Positions 19,784 through 30,176 of a DNA stretch of 64,000 nucleotides are shown piece by piece. The notes beneath the pieces are model-generated. The model searched no databases, had not been told where the DNA came from, and worked only from the letters and a program-made list of their open reading frames with translations. A program made the translations under genes and the position numbers. This DNA comes from Candidatus Atabeyarchaeum deiterrae (GTDB taxonomy: Archaea; Asgardarchaeota; Atabeyarchaeia; Atabeyarchaeales; Atabeyarchaeaceae). The number at the start of each line of letters is the position of its first letter. The first letter of the stretch is position 1. The DNA is taken from contig CP147780.1 in NCBI GenBank assembly GCA_037310415.1, positions 160,001 to 224,000 on the forward strand, given 5' to 3'.

Positions 19784-21514
19784 TTGAGCAAAAAGGCGAA
19801 GGGCGGAGCACTGCCACATTTGATAAGAAGACATGCTTTGATAAACGCAGTCAAACATGAGGGGAAAGCGGACATAAAGACAGTGATAGGTCGAGTTATG
19901 GCTGACGCTCCGGAGGCAAGAAGTAAGATCACCGAAGTGAACAGGCTGGCTAGCGAGATCGTGTCAGAAGTCAACACGCTTTCGCTCGATGCACAAAAAG
20001 AAATGGTTGAGAGGATAGCTCCAGAGTATCTAGCCGATCGGAAGAAGGCTGGAAAGAAGGAATTACCGCCATTACCTGAAGCAGTTGAAGGAAAGGTTGT
20101 TACAAGGCTGGCTCCAGAGCCCAACGGCTACATGCATCTCGGACACGCAATGTCGTTCTTCTTCAACTATCTGTACGCTGAGAGGTACAAAGGGATACTG
20201 TGGCTGCGCTTTGAAGATACGAATCCCAGAAAAGAGAAGGCTGAATACTACGATGCGATCAGGGAAGACATCTCTTGGCTGGGAATAAAATGGAACAAGG
20301 AGAAAAGCAACTCAGATGACATGCTAACTTTCTACGAGTACGCCAAGAGGCTGCTTGAACAAGGGAAAGCCTATGTTTGCTCCTGCCCCTTGGAGGAGAC
20401 AAGAAAGAATAGGGCTACTGGCGAGATATGTCCTCACAGAGACAGTCCGCCTGAGAATAACCTCAGGCTATGGGAAGGAATGCTAGATAATAAGTTCAAG
20501 GAGGGCGAAGTGGTGTGGAGAGTCAAAGGGGACATGCGGAGCATGAACTACGTGATGCGTGACCCAACACTTTTCAGGATAGTAGACTCTCCTCACGCCT
20601 TCAAGGGTTCCAAGTACGTGGTGTGGCCGACATACGACTTCGCCGTCGCCGTTCAGGATAGCTTATGTGGAGTAACGCATGTCCTAAGAAGCAATGAGTT
20701 CGCTCCTCGAGGCGAACTACAGAACTACATTAGAAAGCTACTTCGTTTGAAAGACCCAATAATAATAGAGTACAGCCGATTCAACTTCGAAGGTACGCCA
20801 ACTGGAAAAAGGCTGATCAGACCGCTCATCGAAAATGGAACTGTCTCTGGGTGGGATGACATAAGACTATCTACAATCAGAGGGATTAGACGCCGAGGGA
20901 TCATTCCAAAAGCGATTGAGGAGTTCACTGTCCAAGTTGGGATCAGCCATGCCCAACCAGTCTTTTCGTGGGAACTGCTCCTTAGCTTGAATCGAAAAAT
21001 ATTGGATCCTCTGGCCAAGAGATACTTCTTTGTCAAAGACCCATTTAGACTAAATGTCGAAGACGCTCCGAGACTTTCAGTAAAACTCAAGCATCATCCT
21101 GAAGCTGACCTCGGATACAGGGAAATTGAGACACGGAGTGTATTCTTCATATCTCGCAATGACTTGCCGAAAATCAATGACCTAATGAGACTAAAAGATC
21201 TCTACAATGTGAAGATAACAGAATTGAGTGACGATGGAATTATCGGCAGATTTGCAGGCAGAGAGATGCAGGAAGGAATTACTAAGGTTCAGTGGACCAC
21301 CGACCAGCACATCGATGTTGAGGTTCTGGTTCCTGATCTCCTTTACAGGGGAAACTCCCTCAACGAAAACAGCTTAACAACCGCCAAGGGTTACGGCGAA
21401 GCCGCATGCAGAAACCTAGAAGTCGGCGATCACATCCAGTTCGAAAGATTCGGCTTCTGCAGAATTGATCAAAAGACTCAGAATAGCGTAATCGCATGTT
21501 TTTCTCACAAATAG
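19784..21514 (+). CDS. gltX: Glutamate--tRNA ligase (archaeal type)
   Basis: RLAPEPNGYMHLGH, RFEDTNP, WPTYDF, GWDD, QFERFGF. Confidence 0.96.
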   Translation: MSKKAKGGALPHLIRRHALINAVKHEGKADIKTVIGRVMADAPEARSKITEVNRLASEIVSEVNTLSLDAQKEMVERIAPEYLADRKKAGKKELPPLPEAVEGKVVTRLAPEPNGYMHLGHAMSFFFNYLYAERYKGILWLRFEDTNPRKEKAEYYDAIREDISWLGIKWNKEKSNSDDMLTFYEYAKRLLEQGKAYVCSCPLEETRKNRATGEICPHRDSPPENNLRLWEGMLDNKFKEGEVVWRVKGDMRSMNYVMRDPTLFRIVDSPHAFKGSKYVVWPTYDFAVAVQDSLCGVTHVLRSNEFAPRGELQNYIRKLLRLKDPIIIEYSRFNFEGTPTGKRLIRPLIENGTVSGWDDIRLSTIRGIRRRGIIPKAIEEFTVQVGISHAQPVFSWELLLSLNRKILDPLAKRYFFVKDPFRLNVEDAPRLSVKLKHHPEADLGYREIETRSVFFISRNDLPKINDLMRLKDLYNVKITELSDDGIIGRFAGREMQEGITKVQWTTDQHIDVEVLVPDLLYRGNSLNENSLTTAKGYGEAACRNLEVGDHIQFERFGFCRIDQKTQNSVIACFSHK

Positions 21515-21563
21515 TCGACGAGAAAACCTGTCATCTAGCACTACGTGATTTGATTTGAGAGAG

Positions 21564-21659
21564 AAAATGTGGGGTCTCATCGCCATCTCGGGAGAGGGAG
21601 GAGGGCGAGGAAGAGGGAATAATTGACCCGAAAAAACTTTTCTGGCTCTACCCCCACAT
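21564..21659 (-). ncRNA. Candidate 96-nt small RNA with kink-turn and pyrimidine-rich loop
   Basis: Terminal stem AUGU-GGGG/CCCC-ACAU, K-turn geometry (UAGA-GCCA / UGGC-GAU-GA), inner stem UUUCGGG/CCCGAGA, CU-rich loop; TATA 30 nt upstream, U-tract at the 3' end. Confidence 0.6.
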
Positions 21660-21681
21660 AATAAGATTCTGCCATAGAAGC

Positions 21682-21689
21682 AATATAAA
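21682..21689 (-). promoter_or_regulatory. TATA box of the candidate small RNA
   Basis: TTTATATT, first T 30 nt before the first paired base (21659); same octamer as the tRNA-Sec promoter. Confidence 0.55.
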
Positions 21690-21773
21690 CATTTACCCAA
21701 AAGAAGGGGAGTTTTATAAAGGCCATCACACTTTCTTGCGATTACCGCAGATCTTTGCGAAGATCACAAGAAA

Positions 21774-22385
21774 TCAATAACGATTGGCTCTATGTCTGCC
21801 TCTCAAAACCTGCCCACAGTTGGAGCAGATCTTAGGGTTCGATTCAAATTCGAAGCCGCATTTGGGGCATCTACTGGGCTTTTCCATAACGGATCCGGAA
21901 GGCAAATCGCCCGCGGTTCGTTCAGCTGTCAATTCTGCCCTAATAGCGCCGCCCAAGGCTCCTGCGAGACCCATAATAAAACCGCATTCAGTTCCGATCC
22001 AGACTTTTTCCAAGATTATGCTGAGTCCACCTGCAGCTAGGATTCCGGGAAAATAGGTTCTTGTAATGTAGAGAGAAAGCAATGAGACTATTATGCCAGT
22101 GGCTATGCCTGCAAAAAGACCATCTCCCCAGCTCTTGAGGAGTAGCAAGGACAAGAGAAAAGTTGCCGGCAAAGCGACTATTAGAAAGCTGGCTGAGAGC
22201 GGAGCATGTAGAAAGATTTCTATGAAAGCAAGAACGTACGCCCGTTCTCCTTGGCTTTGATATGTTTGAAGCAGTTCTTGGTATTGAGCAGACAAGAAAA
22301 AGTAGGATAGTACAGCTAGCAACAGTATTAAGAGGATAGAAGCGCCAATTGAACGAGTCTTGTGAACTGGCAATTCTATGAACAC
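21774..22385 (-). CDS. Membrane protein with C-terminal zinc ribbon
   Basis: About four hydrophobic segments followed by CPKC...CSNC. Confidence 0.75.
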   Translation of the reverse strand: MFIELPVHKTRSIGASILLILLLAVLSYFFLSAQYQELLQTYQSQGERAYVLAFIEIFLHAPLSASFLIVALPATFLLSLLLLKSWGDGLFAGIATGIIVSLLSLYITRTYFPGILAAGGLSIILEKVWIGTECGFIMGLAGALGGAIRAELTAERTAGDLPSGSVMEKPSRCPKCGFEFESNPKICSNCGQVLRGRHRANRY

Positions 22386-22458
22386 TACCTAGTAGGAGAG
22401 TTGTGCCGACGCTGCCTCTTATTCATCTTCCTTCGGATTAATGTTACTGTCTGGAAGA

Positions 22459-22983
22459 CTACTCTCTCTTGGGACTTAATGCTCCTCCAAGTGCTCCTCC
22501 TGCTCCGGAAGCAATTACAGCCTGCAGCGCCCGAAATGACGTGAGGAACAAGAGGTACCTGATTGGATCACTTGGGATTTGGATACCAACTGTCGGAAGC
22601 GTGACCCCGATCTGGGGGGAGACCAATGCAATAAGCCAACCAATGATTATGCATATTAAGGCAGCAAGAATGCCAAGAGTGAAACCTTTGGCAACGTGCC
22701 TCGAGAGCAGACCCACAGTTATGCCACATATTAGCCACGGTAGTATAGCAAGGACTATGAACTGAATCAATGAAAGCGCTGACTGGGTGTCTAGCAGGAT
22801 GTTATTTATCAGGAACCAGACCTTGGCCACCCAGGTATATTGAGTGCTGGAGAGAATGCTGACGTAGTTAGTTGTAGCTATGTCTCCGGGCAGTTCACCA
22901 TAGATCAACAGACCCCAAGTTATCCCAAGACACACAGCGAAGCCAACGATGCTACTCACAACTGCACTGCCTTTTGATGCCAA
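22459..22983 (-). CDS. Hypothetical 4-TM membrane protein
   Basis: Hydrophobic segments; Gly-rich last helix (GAGGALGGAL) similar to the neighbour's GALGGAI. Confidence 0.7.
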   Translation of the reverse strand: MASKGSAVVSSIVGFAVCLGITWGLLIYGELPGDIATTNYVSILSSTQYTWVAKVWFLINNILLDTQSALSLIQFIVLAILPWLICGITVGLLSRHVAKGFTLGILAALICIIIGWLIALVSPQIGVTLPTVGIQIPSDPIRYLLFLTSFRALQAVIASGAGGALGGALSPKRE

Positions 22984-23045
22984 TAATGAAACCTCCAGCG
23001 AAGATGTGCTGCACGAGGGGGAATGAGATTGCTCTGTGGGTACGT

Positions 23046-24407
23046 CTATATCATCGCTAGTTCTTTAACTTCACTGTAGATCGACTCAACCTTTCTTTGC
23101 CAAGTTGCCAACTTCGCTAAACTCTTTGGGTATGCACTGTAGAGACTTTTCATTTCGCGCATTTTCTTAGAAACGACGTTGAGTTTCTTCAATAATGATA
23201 TTTTTCCTCTTCCTCTGAACAGTCGCTTAGCTTTCTCGCTGACGGAGAGTTTTAGCTCGGCGCCCATGCTCGTTTTGAGAACGTCTTCTTCGGTGATTAT
23301 CTTATTCTTCAGTCCGTAGTTCAAGTCTTCATTTGTCAAGCTCTGAAGAAGTATTCTGAATATGTCAAGGGAAGGCTGCTTGTAGCCGTAAGCATTGATG
23401 AAATCTATATTATACTTCCACAGTGATCGATAGCTATAGTCCTCTTTCTCAAGCGACTTGACCGAGACAGCCCCAGCTAGGTCCCCAGCAATCATCGAAG
23501 AGTGAATCCCGCCTCCGTGAAGAGGATTAACTTGGCAGGCTGAGTCCCCAACAAGTATGAAGCCATTTGCTACAGACGACCAAAGCGGCCGCCTGGTTGG
23601 GACAACTCCGCCTCCTCCTGTAAGCAACTTTGAATCCTTGAACATCTTCTTCTTCAGAACACTTTCATATAGGAGATTCTTCGGGTTTGGATGTCCCTTG
23701 ATCATTCGGACACCTAGACCCACGTTAACATTGTTCCCAGCTTCTGGGAAAAACCAAATGTAACCTCCAGGAGCCTTCTCCTGTTCCAAGTAGATCCTGC
23801 AACAGTCAGCTGGGTCCAGTTGCTCCTTGACGACTCGAATCTCCCGATAACAGATTTCTACATCCTCAGGGCTGACTTCAGTCTCTATTCCGTACTTCTC
23901 CGCAAAGGGCAAAGACTTTCTCAGAGCTGCATAGTACCCGCTTGCATCAATTACGATGTTACCGTAATATTCCACGGTCTCAGAAGAGTCCAAGCTCTTG
24001 GTCCTCACTCCCTGTACCATCTCGCCTTTTGTTATGGGTGCTTGAGCGAGCGTCTTGTCAACCAGACTTGCACCTGCGTCCACAGCTTCATTAACTAGTC
24101 TTTGTCCAAAACTCGATCTGTCAATCGTGAAGCCTTCACCCATTATACGCATGCGTGATTCCTCATCCGGAGAGTAGAGATCAAACCCGTTTATTGGCCG
24201 CTCTAGTTCTTCTCCACTTGGGTACTTCAGTTTCAATTTGTCGAAAGCTTCCTTGGAGACACCGTCCCCACATACTTTTGTACCTATTTCTTTGCGGGGT
24301 TTGCTGTCAATGAGCACAACCTTGTAGCCAGCCTTAGCTATGCGCTTAGCTGCAAGCGTACCTCCTGTACCAGCGCCCACAATTAGGACGTCATATTTCT
24401 CAGTCAA
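23046..24407 (-). CDS. Geranylgeranyl reductase family (digeranylgeranylglycerophospholipid reductase-like)
   Basis: VGAGTGG FAD motif, KVCGDG, PGGYIWFFP, GDSACQVNPLHGGGI. Confidence 0.9.
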   Translation of the reverse strand: MTEKYDVLIVGAGTGGTLAAKRIAKAGYKVVLIDSKPRKEIGTKVCGDGVSKEAFDKLKLKYPSGEELERPINGFDLYSPDEESRMRIMGEGFTIDRSSFGQRLVNEAVDAGASLVDKTLAQAPITKGEMVQGVRTKSLDSSETVEYYGNIVIDASGYYAALRKSLPFAEKYGIETEVSPEDVEICYREIRVVKEQLDPADCCRIYLEQEKAPGGYIWFFPEAGNNVNVGLGVRMIKGHPNPKNLLYESVLKKKMFKDSKLLTGGGGVVPTRRPLWSSVANGFILVGDSACQVNPLHGGGIHSSMIAGDLAGAVSVKSLEKEDYSYRSLWKYNIDFINAYGYKQPSLDIFRILLQSLTNEDLNYGLKNKIITEEDVLKTSMGAELKLSVSEKAKRLFRGRGKISLLKKLNVVSKKMREMKSLYSAYPKSLAKLATWQRKVESIYSEVKELAMI

Positions 24408-24739
24408 GGTAATAACGCCTCTGGAGATGAGTCACCTAATGATTATTGTTAATATATATTTCCATACTTGTCATAATCGGGCTTACGAAGCTCTTGGAAG
24501 GTCGATCGGATCCATTTTGTATCGGTTGACACCCAATGAGGTAGATTCCGCAGATAATGTCTTGGATATCATTAAACCATCGATTGACATTTCTATCAGC
24601 CAAGCCAGCGAGTATTGCCTAAGAGAAGGCAAGATTTGGAAGATCTGCCCGAGAAACTTCGAGAATGAAATAGAAAGATATTTCAGTGTATGGGACGTTT
24701 TCAAGACAGAGTTCTTACGGAAGTCGGAGGTCCTAAACA

Positions 24740-25684
24740 ATGAAGTTAAAGTGCGCTGTCATAGGGGCCGGATGGTTCGGCAGAGCTCATTGCCGGGTCT
24801 ACAGAGATTTGGATAATGCGCAGCTGACGTCCATAGCTGACCCTGATTATTCACGGGCGATGGAAGTCTCCAGTCTGTACGGGTGCAAAGCATATGCTGA
24901 TTTTCATGAGATGCTAGAGAAGGAGAAACTTGACGCCGTAAGTGTCGTCGTGTCTCCTCAAAACTTGTCCAAGGTGGCATCAGAGGCTGTTGAATTTGAC
25001 ATCAAGGCAGTTCTAGTTGAAAAACCTGTGGCCATCAACCCAACAGAGCTTGCGGAGCTCTCGCGCAAGAGCAAGAAGAATGATGTTCCAGTGATGCCAG
25101 GATTCATTGAGCTCTTCAACCCATCCATCCAAAGAATTGAAGAGATGATCCGAAAGAATGGGGAAATCGGGCAACCCTATGTGGCAAGTTCAAAGAGGAT
25201 TGGCAGGAATCCGAAAAGAGGATGGGAAATAGGAGTATTGCTGGATCTTGGTATCCATGAGATCTATGTTCTGCGGAGACTTTTCGGAGCACCTAGAAGA
25301 ATATTCTGCCAGACCAGAAGCTTTGCTGGCGGCAAAACTGAGGACATGGCAAACATACTACTGGAATTCCAAAATGGTGTACTGGGAATGATCGAAACCA
25401 ATTGGCTTACACCCATAGGCATTAGAAACATGATTGTAACAGGTTCTGAAGGGAGTATAGAAACTGATTATGTAACGCAAGAAGTAAGGATAATCAAGAA
25501 AGACCAGACCATTAAACCGCATTCGGTCTTCGAAGAGCCATTGAAACGTGAATTGATGGCGTTTCTCGAAAGTGTGGAGAAAGGTGATGCGCCCCCTGTT
25601 AATCTGAATGACGCCGAAGAGACTCTAAAAATCGCCTCTGCAGCCCTCAGTTCCTCGAAGAAGATGGAAACCATCACAATGTAG
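24740..25684 (+). CDS. Gfo/Idh/MocA family oxidoreductase
   Basis: IGAGWFG, VEKP, DLGIHE. Confidence 0.9.
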   Translation: MKLKCAVIGAGWFGRAHCRVYRDLDNAQLTSIADPDYSRAMEVSSLYGCKAYADFHEMLEKEKLDAVSVVVSPQNLSKVASEAVEFDIKAVLVEKPVAINPTELAELSRKSKKNDVPVMPGFIELFNPSIQRIEEMIRKNGEIGQPYVASSKRIGRNPKRGWEIGVLLDLGIHEIYVLRRLFGAPRRIFCQTRSFAGGKTEDMANILLEFQNGVLGMIETNWLTPIGIRNMIVTGSEGSIETDYVTQEVRIIKKDQTIKPHSVFEEPLKRELMAFLESVEKGDAPPVNLNDAEETLKIASAALSSSKKMETITM

Positions 25685-25845
25685 TTTGATATCCACCCGA
25701 GCAGAGCATTTGCTTCAATCAACTCCCGAAGGTAGAGGGTGTTGAGTGCTCAAATCGCTTAGTTCATAGCTGCTAAAGAATTTGTCACTTCACAAAATCT
25801 TATATTTGGATGGCGTATATCGTATGTAGGAGGTAGAAATCTCCT

Positions 25846-26058
25846 GTGCTTATCGACGAGAATGACATCCCTCCATCAGCCCGAAAAGTATTCAGAATTC
25901 TGCAAAACAGTGGCCCACTTACACCTAAAGCAATCTCGAATCAGACGACTTTCTCATCACGAACGGTGAGGTATGCACTGAAGATACTTCTGAAGCTTGG
26001 GCTGATAAAGAAACTTCCGAATCTAGAGGATGCAAGGCAGTTTATCTACAAGACTTAG
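25846..26058 (+). CDS. Small winged-helix DNA-binding protein
   Basis: PPSARKV...GPLT...SSRTVRYALKIL...DARQ archaeal wHTH pattern; GGAGG SD upstream. Confidence 0.8.
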   Translation: MLIDENDIPPSARKVFRILQNSGPLTPKAISNQTTFSSRTVRYALKILLKLGLIKKLPNLEDARQFIYKT

Positions 26059-26257
26059 AGGCTTTCTGGCTCTAATTTTCTTATTTTCTGACGACCGTCC
26101 TGATTCTCATAGCGCTCCCCCATAAATGGGATTTGAGACAGATCAACGCTTTTATATTTCATAGTCAGATTTAGTAGTTATAAGATATTACAATCTTATC
26201 TCAGCCAAATGGGAATGATAATCCACTATCTGAGAGATTTCGCATGAGGGAACTCAA

Positions 26258-27691
26258 ATGTCAAGCAATGGTGAAGCTGCGTACAAGGAGAGCATTTCGA
26301 ATGCTCAGAGAATACTGAAGGGTAAGAAAGAGAACTTCGCCCGTCTGCAGAGAGAAGTCATTAACACAGGGGCATGCGTTTCTTGTGGAGCTTGTGTCGC
26401 AAGTTGCGACCAGTTGGCTTTTGAAGAAGGAAAGCCCAAGCTCGTCGGCAAGTGCACAGTTTGTGGCGTTTGTTATAATCAGTGCCCTCGCACATCTACG
26501 ATGACAGCCGATCTAGTGGGCAACTACGCTGCTGCCTTCCAAGGCAAATCTAAACTCGACAAAGTGAAAGGGCAAGATGGAGGGGTAGTCACATCCTTGC
26601 TACTTTATGCCCTGGGCAGAAAACTGATCGATGCTGCTGTCGTTACGTCAAGGGATCCTCAACAGCCTTGGAAGCCCGTAGCCAAAATTGCCACATCTGA
26701 GAAAGATATCTTGGAAGGCTCGGGATCGGTATACACCCATAGCCAAGTTGTTCCGGCGCTTAGCAACGCGCTTAAGAAAGGATTCAAATCCATAGCATTT
26801 GTTGGAACACCTTGCAACATCGATGCAATCTACAAGATGCAGTATTCAGACGTTGGGCTCGTTCACCTTTTCAAGGGAGCCACTGTTATCAGAATCGGCC
26901 TTTTCTGCATGGACTCATTCTCCGAAAAGGGTCTGCGGACTTTCTTCGAGAAGAAGAATGGCACTCCACTGGAGAATATCAGTAAAATGAATATCAAGGA
27001 AGGAAAATTCAGAATCACAATCAAGAACAATGGTGAGAAAGAGTTCGTCATTGCAGACCTTGACAATTACAGGTCGAGCAGCTGTGATTTCTGTACAGAC
27101 TTCACTTCTGAGAAAGCTGACATCTCCGTAGGAAGCGTTGGATCCCCGCTGGGTTTGTCGACTATCATCGTCAGAACGAATACCGGTATGGACCTGCTAA
27201 ATGGAGCGGCGAAGAGCGGAAACATCGAATTCAAACCCCTGAGTGAAGAGGATTTGACAAAGGTACTGAACATAGCGAGAATTAAGAAGAATCATCGCTA
27301 CACACCCAAAGAGAAAATCACATACGTGCTGGATTCACCGCCATTGAAAGTTGGGGAGCCCAAGACTGCTGAGCCTCAAGCCAAGTCGCTGATCAAGTCT
27401 GGTGAGACAAAGCTAGTAGGCGCTGAACAAAACCGAGTCAAGATGACCCTTAGAAATGATGCGGTAGACTGCCTCGAAGACTTACGAATCAAGATAACTC
27501 ACAAGGGGGAAGCACCGAAAGACACTGTTGGATGGGAACTCAAGGTTGACGAGTGGGCACCTTCAGAGACGATTGAGCTCGAGTACCCTAGAATCAAGGA
27601 CGACAAGGAGTACAATATTGAAGTTCAAAGTGAAGTGAATGGCACCATGTTCACAAAAAGGATTCTAGCCGCTGAGTTAAACAAGAAGTGA
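26258..27691 (+). CDS. Coenzyme F420 hydrogenase/dehydrogenase beta subunit (FrhB) family protein with N-terminal ferredoxin domain and C-terminal extension
   Basis: CVSCGACVASC and CTVCGVCYNQCP, QDGGVVT, VGTPC, GLFC, CDFCTD, ADISVGSVG. Confidence 0.88.
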   Translation: MSSNGEAAYKESISNAQRILKGKKENFARLQREVINTGACVSCGACVASCDQLAFEEGKPKLVGKCTVCGVCYNQCPRTSTMTADLVGNYAAAFQGKSKLDKVKGQDGGVVTSLLLYALGRKLIDAAVVTSRDPQQPWKPVAKIATSEKDILEGSGSVYTHSQVVPALSNALKKGFKSIAFVGTPCNIDAIYKMQYSDVGLVHLFKGATVIRIGLFCMDSFSEKGLRTFFEKKNGTPLENISKMNIKEGKFRITIKNNGEKEFVIADLDNYRSSSCDFCTDFTSEKADISVGSVGSPLGLSTIIVRTNTGMDLLNGAAKSGNIEFKPLSEEDLTKVLNIARIKKNHRYTPKEKITYVLDSPPLKVGEPKTAEPQAKSLIKSGETKLVGAEQNRVKMTLRNDAVDCLEDLRIKITHKGEAPKDTVGWELKVDEWAPSETIELEYPRIKDDKEYNIEVQSEVNGTMFTKRILAAELNKK

Positions 27692-27807
27692 ACGCCAAGC
27701 CAGATCAACTCTTTTTCTATTTTTCAGCATGTTTTTGCTTGCTTCTACTCAGGCTTGGCTTTTCCGTTCAAAGAAAAGAGAGAGGAAAGGACTGACACGC
27801 TCATTTC

Positions 27808-28584
27808 CTAGTGGGACGCAAAGAATATTGACACTAGTTCGACAAAACTTGGCTCGTTGGTCCATACTGAGATCCAGGGACCTTTGTAGTTGCTGATACA
27901 TCCTGAAGAGAGTAATGCCTCTTTCCCGTCAGCTAGAATCATTATGGCAGGGATATCATCCTTTCTTACCAGTTTGATACTCTCATCCATTGTTGGCATT
28001 GCAGCCTCAGGATTGCCTCTTTGACTTACCATGAGTCTGATGCTCACGTTTCGACCTGACGCCTTTTCTATGACGGATTTGATTCGCTCAAGAACTTGGG
28101 TGGGAACTGCAATGAGAAGCCGCTCCTCAGCAGAGCTGATCATTTCCTCGATTTTGTTGATTATGTTGGTTTCGCCTTTCAGAGTCCACAATTCTGCCAG
28201 TGACCGCTCATAACCATATCTTGATGCGAATTCCTCCACGGCAAGTTCCGTTTGCGCTTTCAAACCTTTCTCCAAACGTTCAAAGGCAACTTTAGGCGGA
28301 ACCGCGCGGTAGATTTTAGGTCTTCCCTCTTGCGTCTCAACTAGTCCCTTCGACTCGAGATTGGCCAAGGTATCGTATGCTCTTGGCTGAGGGATCCCAG
28401 CGACTCTGCAGATCTCTCCGACTGAAGCTGACCCAAGCTGCACCAAAGTCGCATATGCTTTTGATTCGTACTCACTTATGCCGTATTTCTTCAACACTTC
28501 ACGTGCACTATCGCTAACACCCAATTCTTGTTCTCCCCCTTGGCTATAAAGTTCAAGAGCCACTCTTGTCTTACGTTGCGACAA
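27808..28584 (-). CDS. TrmB family transcriptional regulator
   Basis: GISEYESKAY...IPQPRAYDTL..LESKGLV...PKIYRAVPP. Confidence 0.9.
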   Translation of the reverse strand: MSQRKTRVALELYSQGGEQELGVSDSAREVLKKYGISEYESKAYATLVQLGSASVGEICRVAGIPQPRAYDTLANLESKGLVETQEGRPKIYRAVPPKVAFERLEKGLKAQTELAVEEFASRYGYERSLAELWTLKGETNIINKIEEMISSAEERLLIAVPTQVLERIKSVIEKASGRNVSIRLMVSQRGNPEAAMPTMDESIKLVRKDDIPAIMILADGKEALLSSGCISNYKGPWISVWTNEPSFVELVSIFFASH

Positions 28585-28801
28585 GTGTAGTAGTTTGTTC
28601 GATGTTGGGAAGTCTTCTCACTTTCGTTACAACGGTGTCAAGCTTACCGAAGCTTTCCGTTTGCACGGTCACTACGATATCCCAAGCGCCGTAGCATACT
28701 CTAGCATCGACTACGTCTTCTATCTTCTTAATCTGCTCAGCAACATCATGTTCGCTTCCAGCTGCAGCCAAGGCAAGCACATAGGCGACTACCTTCGGCA
28801 C
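28571..28801 (-). CDS. Stand-alone Lrp/AsnC ligand-binding (RAM) domain protein
   Basis: AYVL...YGAWDIVV...TTTL pattern, no HTH; overlaps the TrmB gene start. Confidence 0.85.
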   Translation of the reverse strand: MPKVVAYVLALAAAGSEHDVAEQIKKIEDVVDARVCYGAWDIVVTVQTESFGKLDTVVTKVRRLPNIEQTTTLVAT

Positions 28802-29000
28802 TTATTTTAACACCTCAAGTTTATTCCAATCTCGTTAGAGTAAACATACTTCAATCTATTCTTATTATATGTAGGCGTTTTGAATCCATTGTTTTCTCTC
28901 TGCAGATTGTTTATTTAAGCCAATTTGATTGTCAGGTCAAGCGTTCTCCGCTCACCGTGACTACTAGTTGGTGTTGAACATCGATAGTGCTTGCGTATAT

Positions 29001-30176
29001 TCACTCGGTTCGTCGGGCGTTCTGACCAAGAGCCTTCAAGTTCTCTACTGGGATTTGTCCATACGCATGCAAAACCAGACCATCAGCTTCGTTAGAAATC
29101 GATTGCATGATTTTCACCGTCTCGCTTGGAGATACAGAAGGACTCATGATGGCGATTGGATAGATTTTCACTTCTCTAAGAACTCCTCCAAGCTTCCGTC
29201 TGAGCGCCCTGAGCTCATTTGTTATAGCGTTTACTCCTTTGTGGACTACAATCTCATCTAATATTGGATATAGGCAATCAAGGTTCTTGCCCAATGCCCT
29301 ATCATCATGCCCTGCGATCCACGACACCTCATCTGGACATAAGTCTATTCCGACCATCGCGTCTGGGTTTGCCTGGCGTGAGGCAATCATGATTCTCCCA
29401 CTTATTTCCGAAACCATGTGTCGTCTATGTTGAAACCATGAGCTTAAGCCCAGCAATTGGGTCCAAGACCTTACCAGTTTTATGTTCATTGAAAACGGAC
29501 TGCTACTGGAAGCTTCCATGATCTTCTGCGGCTGCGCAAATGGTTTAGGAAAGAATCTCAGTCTGCTTTTGACGCCATCTATGTTTATTCCTTGATTGCG
29601 TGCCTCAGCTTTGCAGTATTTGCAGAAGCATGTAAGGTTGCCCGTTTTGAAGGTTGGGGTCACGGAGTAGTGAAGTTTCTCAATCTCGATACCAGCCACC
29701 TCGTAGTTTGAGAGGATGTCTGTTGCCAAACTGAGTATGTATCTCTCAACACTAGGATTAACGAAACACATTAAGGGATAGATCTCATCGCTCTGCGCTC
29801 CACTACTACTCACTTGAGCGTACTCAGGTCTTCTCTTGAGGAGAGCTGGATTAACTAGACAATTCAATACGGCATAGACCTGGATCTCCTTCTTCTTGGC
29901 TTCTTTGCAGACTTCTCCGAGAACATCCATGTCTTTGAACTGCTTTGCTCTCGTTGGTTTGATCTTTGATTTTTCATAGAAGTGGGGATTCGGATTGAAA
30001 GAGAGCGCGCCTTCATCGGTGGAGGAGCTAACAAATGGTGTTGGCTTCTGGAAAGAATCCACCGAAAGATGAATGAATTCGACATGAGAGGAGCTGCTAA
30101 TCTTGGCGACAGCTTCTTTTATTCCCTCACTCGCCAGCGTATCGGAGTAACATCGAATCCCGAAATGCAAGACCAA
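29001..30176 (-). CDS. Putative TIM-barrel glycoside hydrolase-like protein (GHL10-like)
   Basis: RPEYAQV...MCFVNPSV...NYEVAGIEIE and TCFCKYC motif. Confidence 0.55.
   Translation of the reverse strand: MVLHFGIRCYSDTLASEGIKEAVAKISSSSHVEFIHLSVDSFQKPTPFVSSSTDEGALSFNPNPHFYEKSKIKPTRAKQFKDMDVLGEVCKEAKKKEIQVYAVLNCLVNPALLKRRPEYAQVSSSGAQSDEIYPLMCFVNPSVERYILSLATDILSNYEVAGIEIEKLHYSVTPTFKTGNLTCFCKYCKAEARNQGINIDGVKSRLRFFPKPFAQPQKIMEASSSSPFSMNIKLVRSWTQLLGLSSWFQHRRHMVSEISGRIMIASRQANPDAMVGIDLCPDEVSWIAGHDDRALGKNLDCLYPILDEIVVHKGVNAITNELRALRRKLGGVLREVKIYPIAIMSPSVSPSETVKIMQSISNEADGLVLHAYGQIPVENLKALGQNARRTE

Noticed and set aside
24340-24816. 158-aa plus-strand ORF between GGR and the oxidoreductase
   Set aside because: Overlaps both neighbours and crosses the AT-rich promoter region; no motif or convincing start.
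27693-27759. Inverted repeat GCCAAGCC/GGCTTGGC flanking T-tracts
   Set aside because: Lies between convergent genes and is most simply a terminator region; no promoter or other RNA motif.
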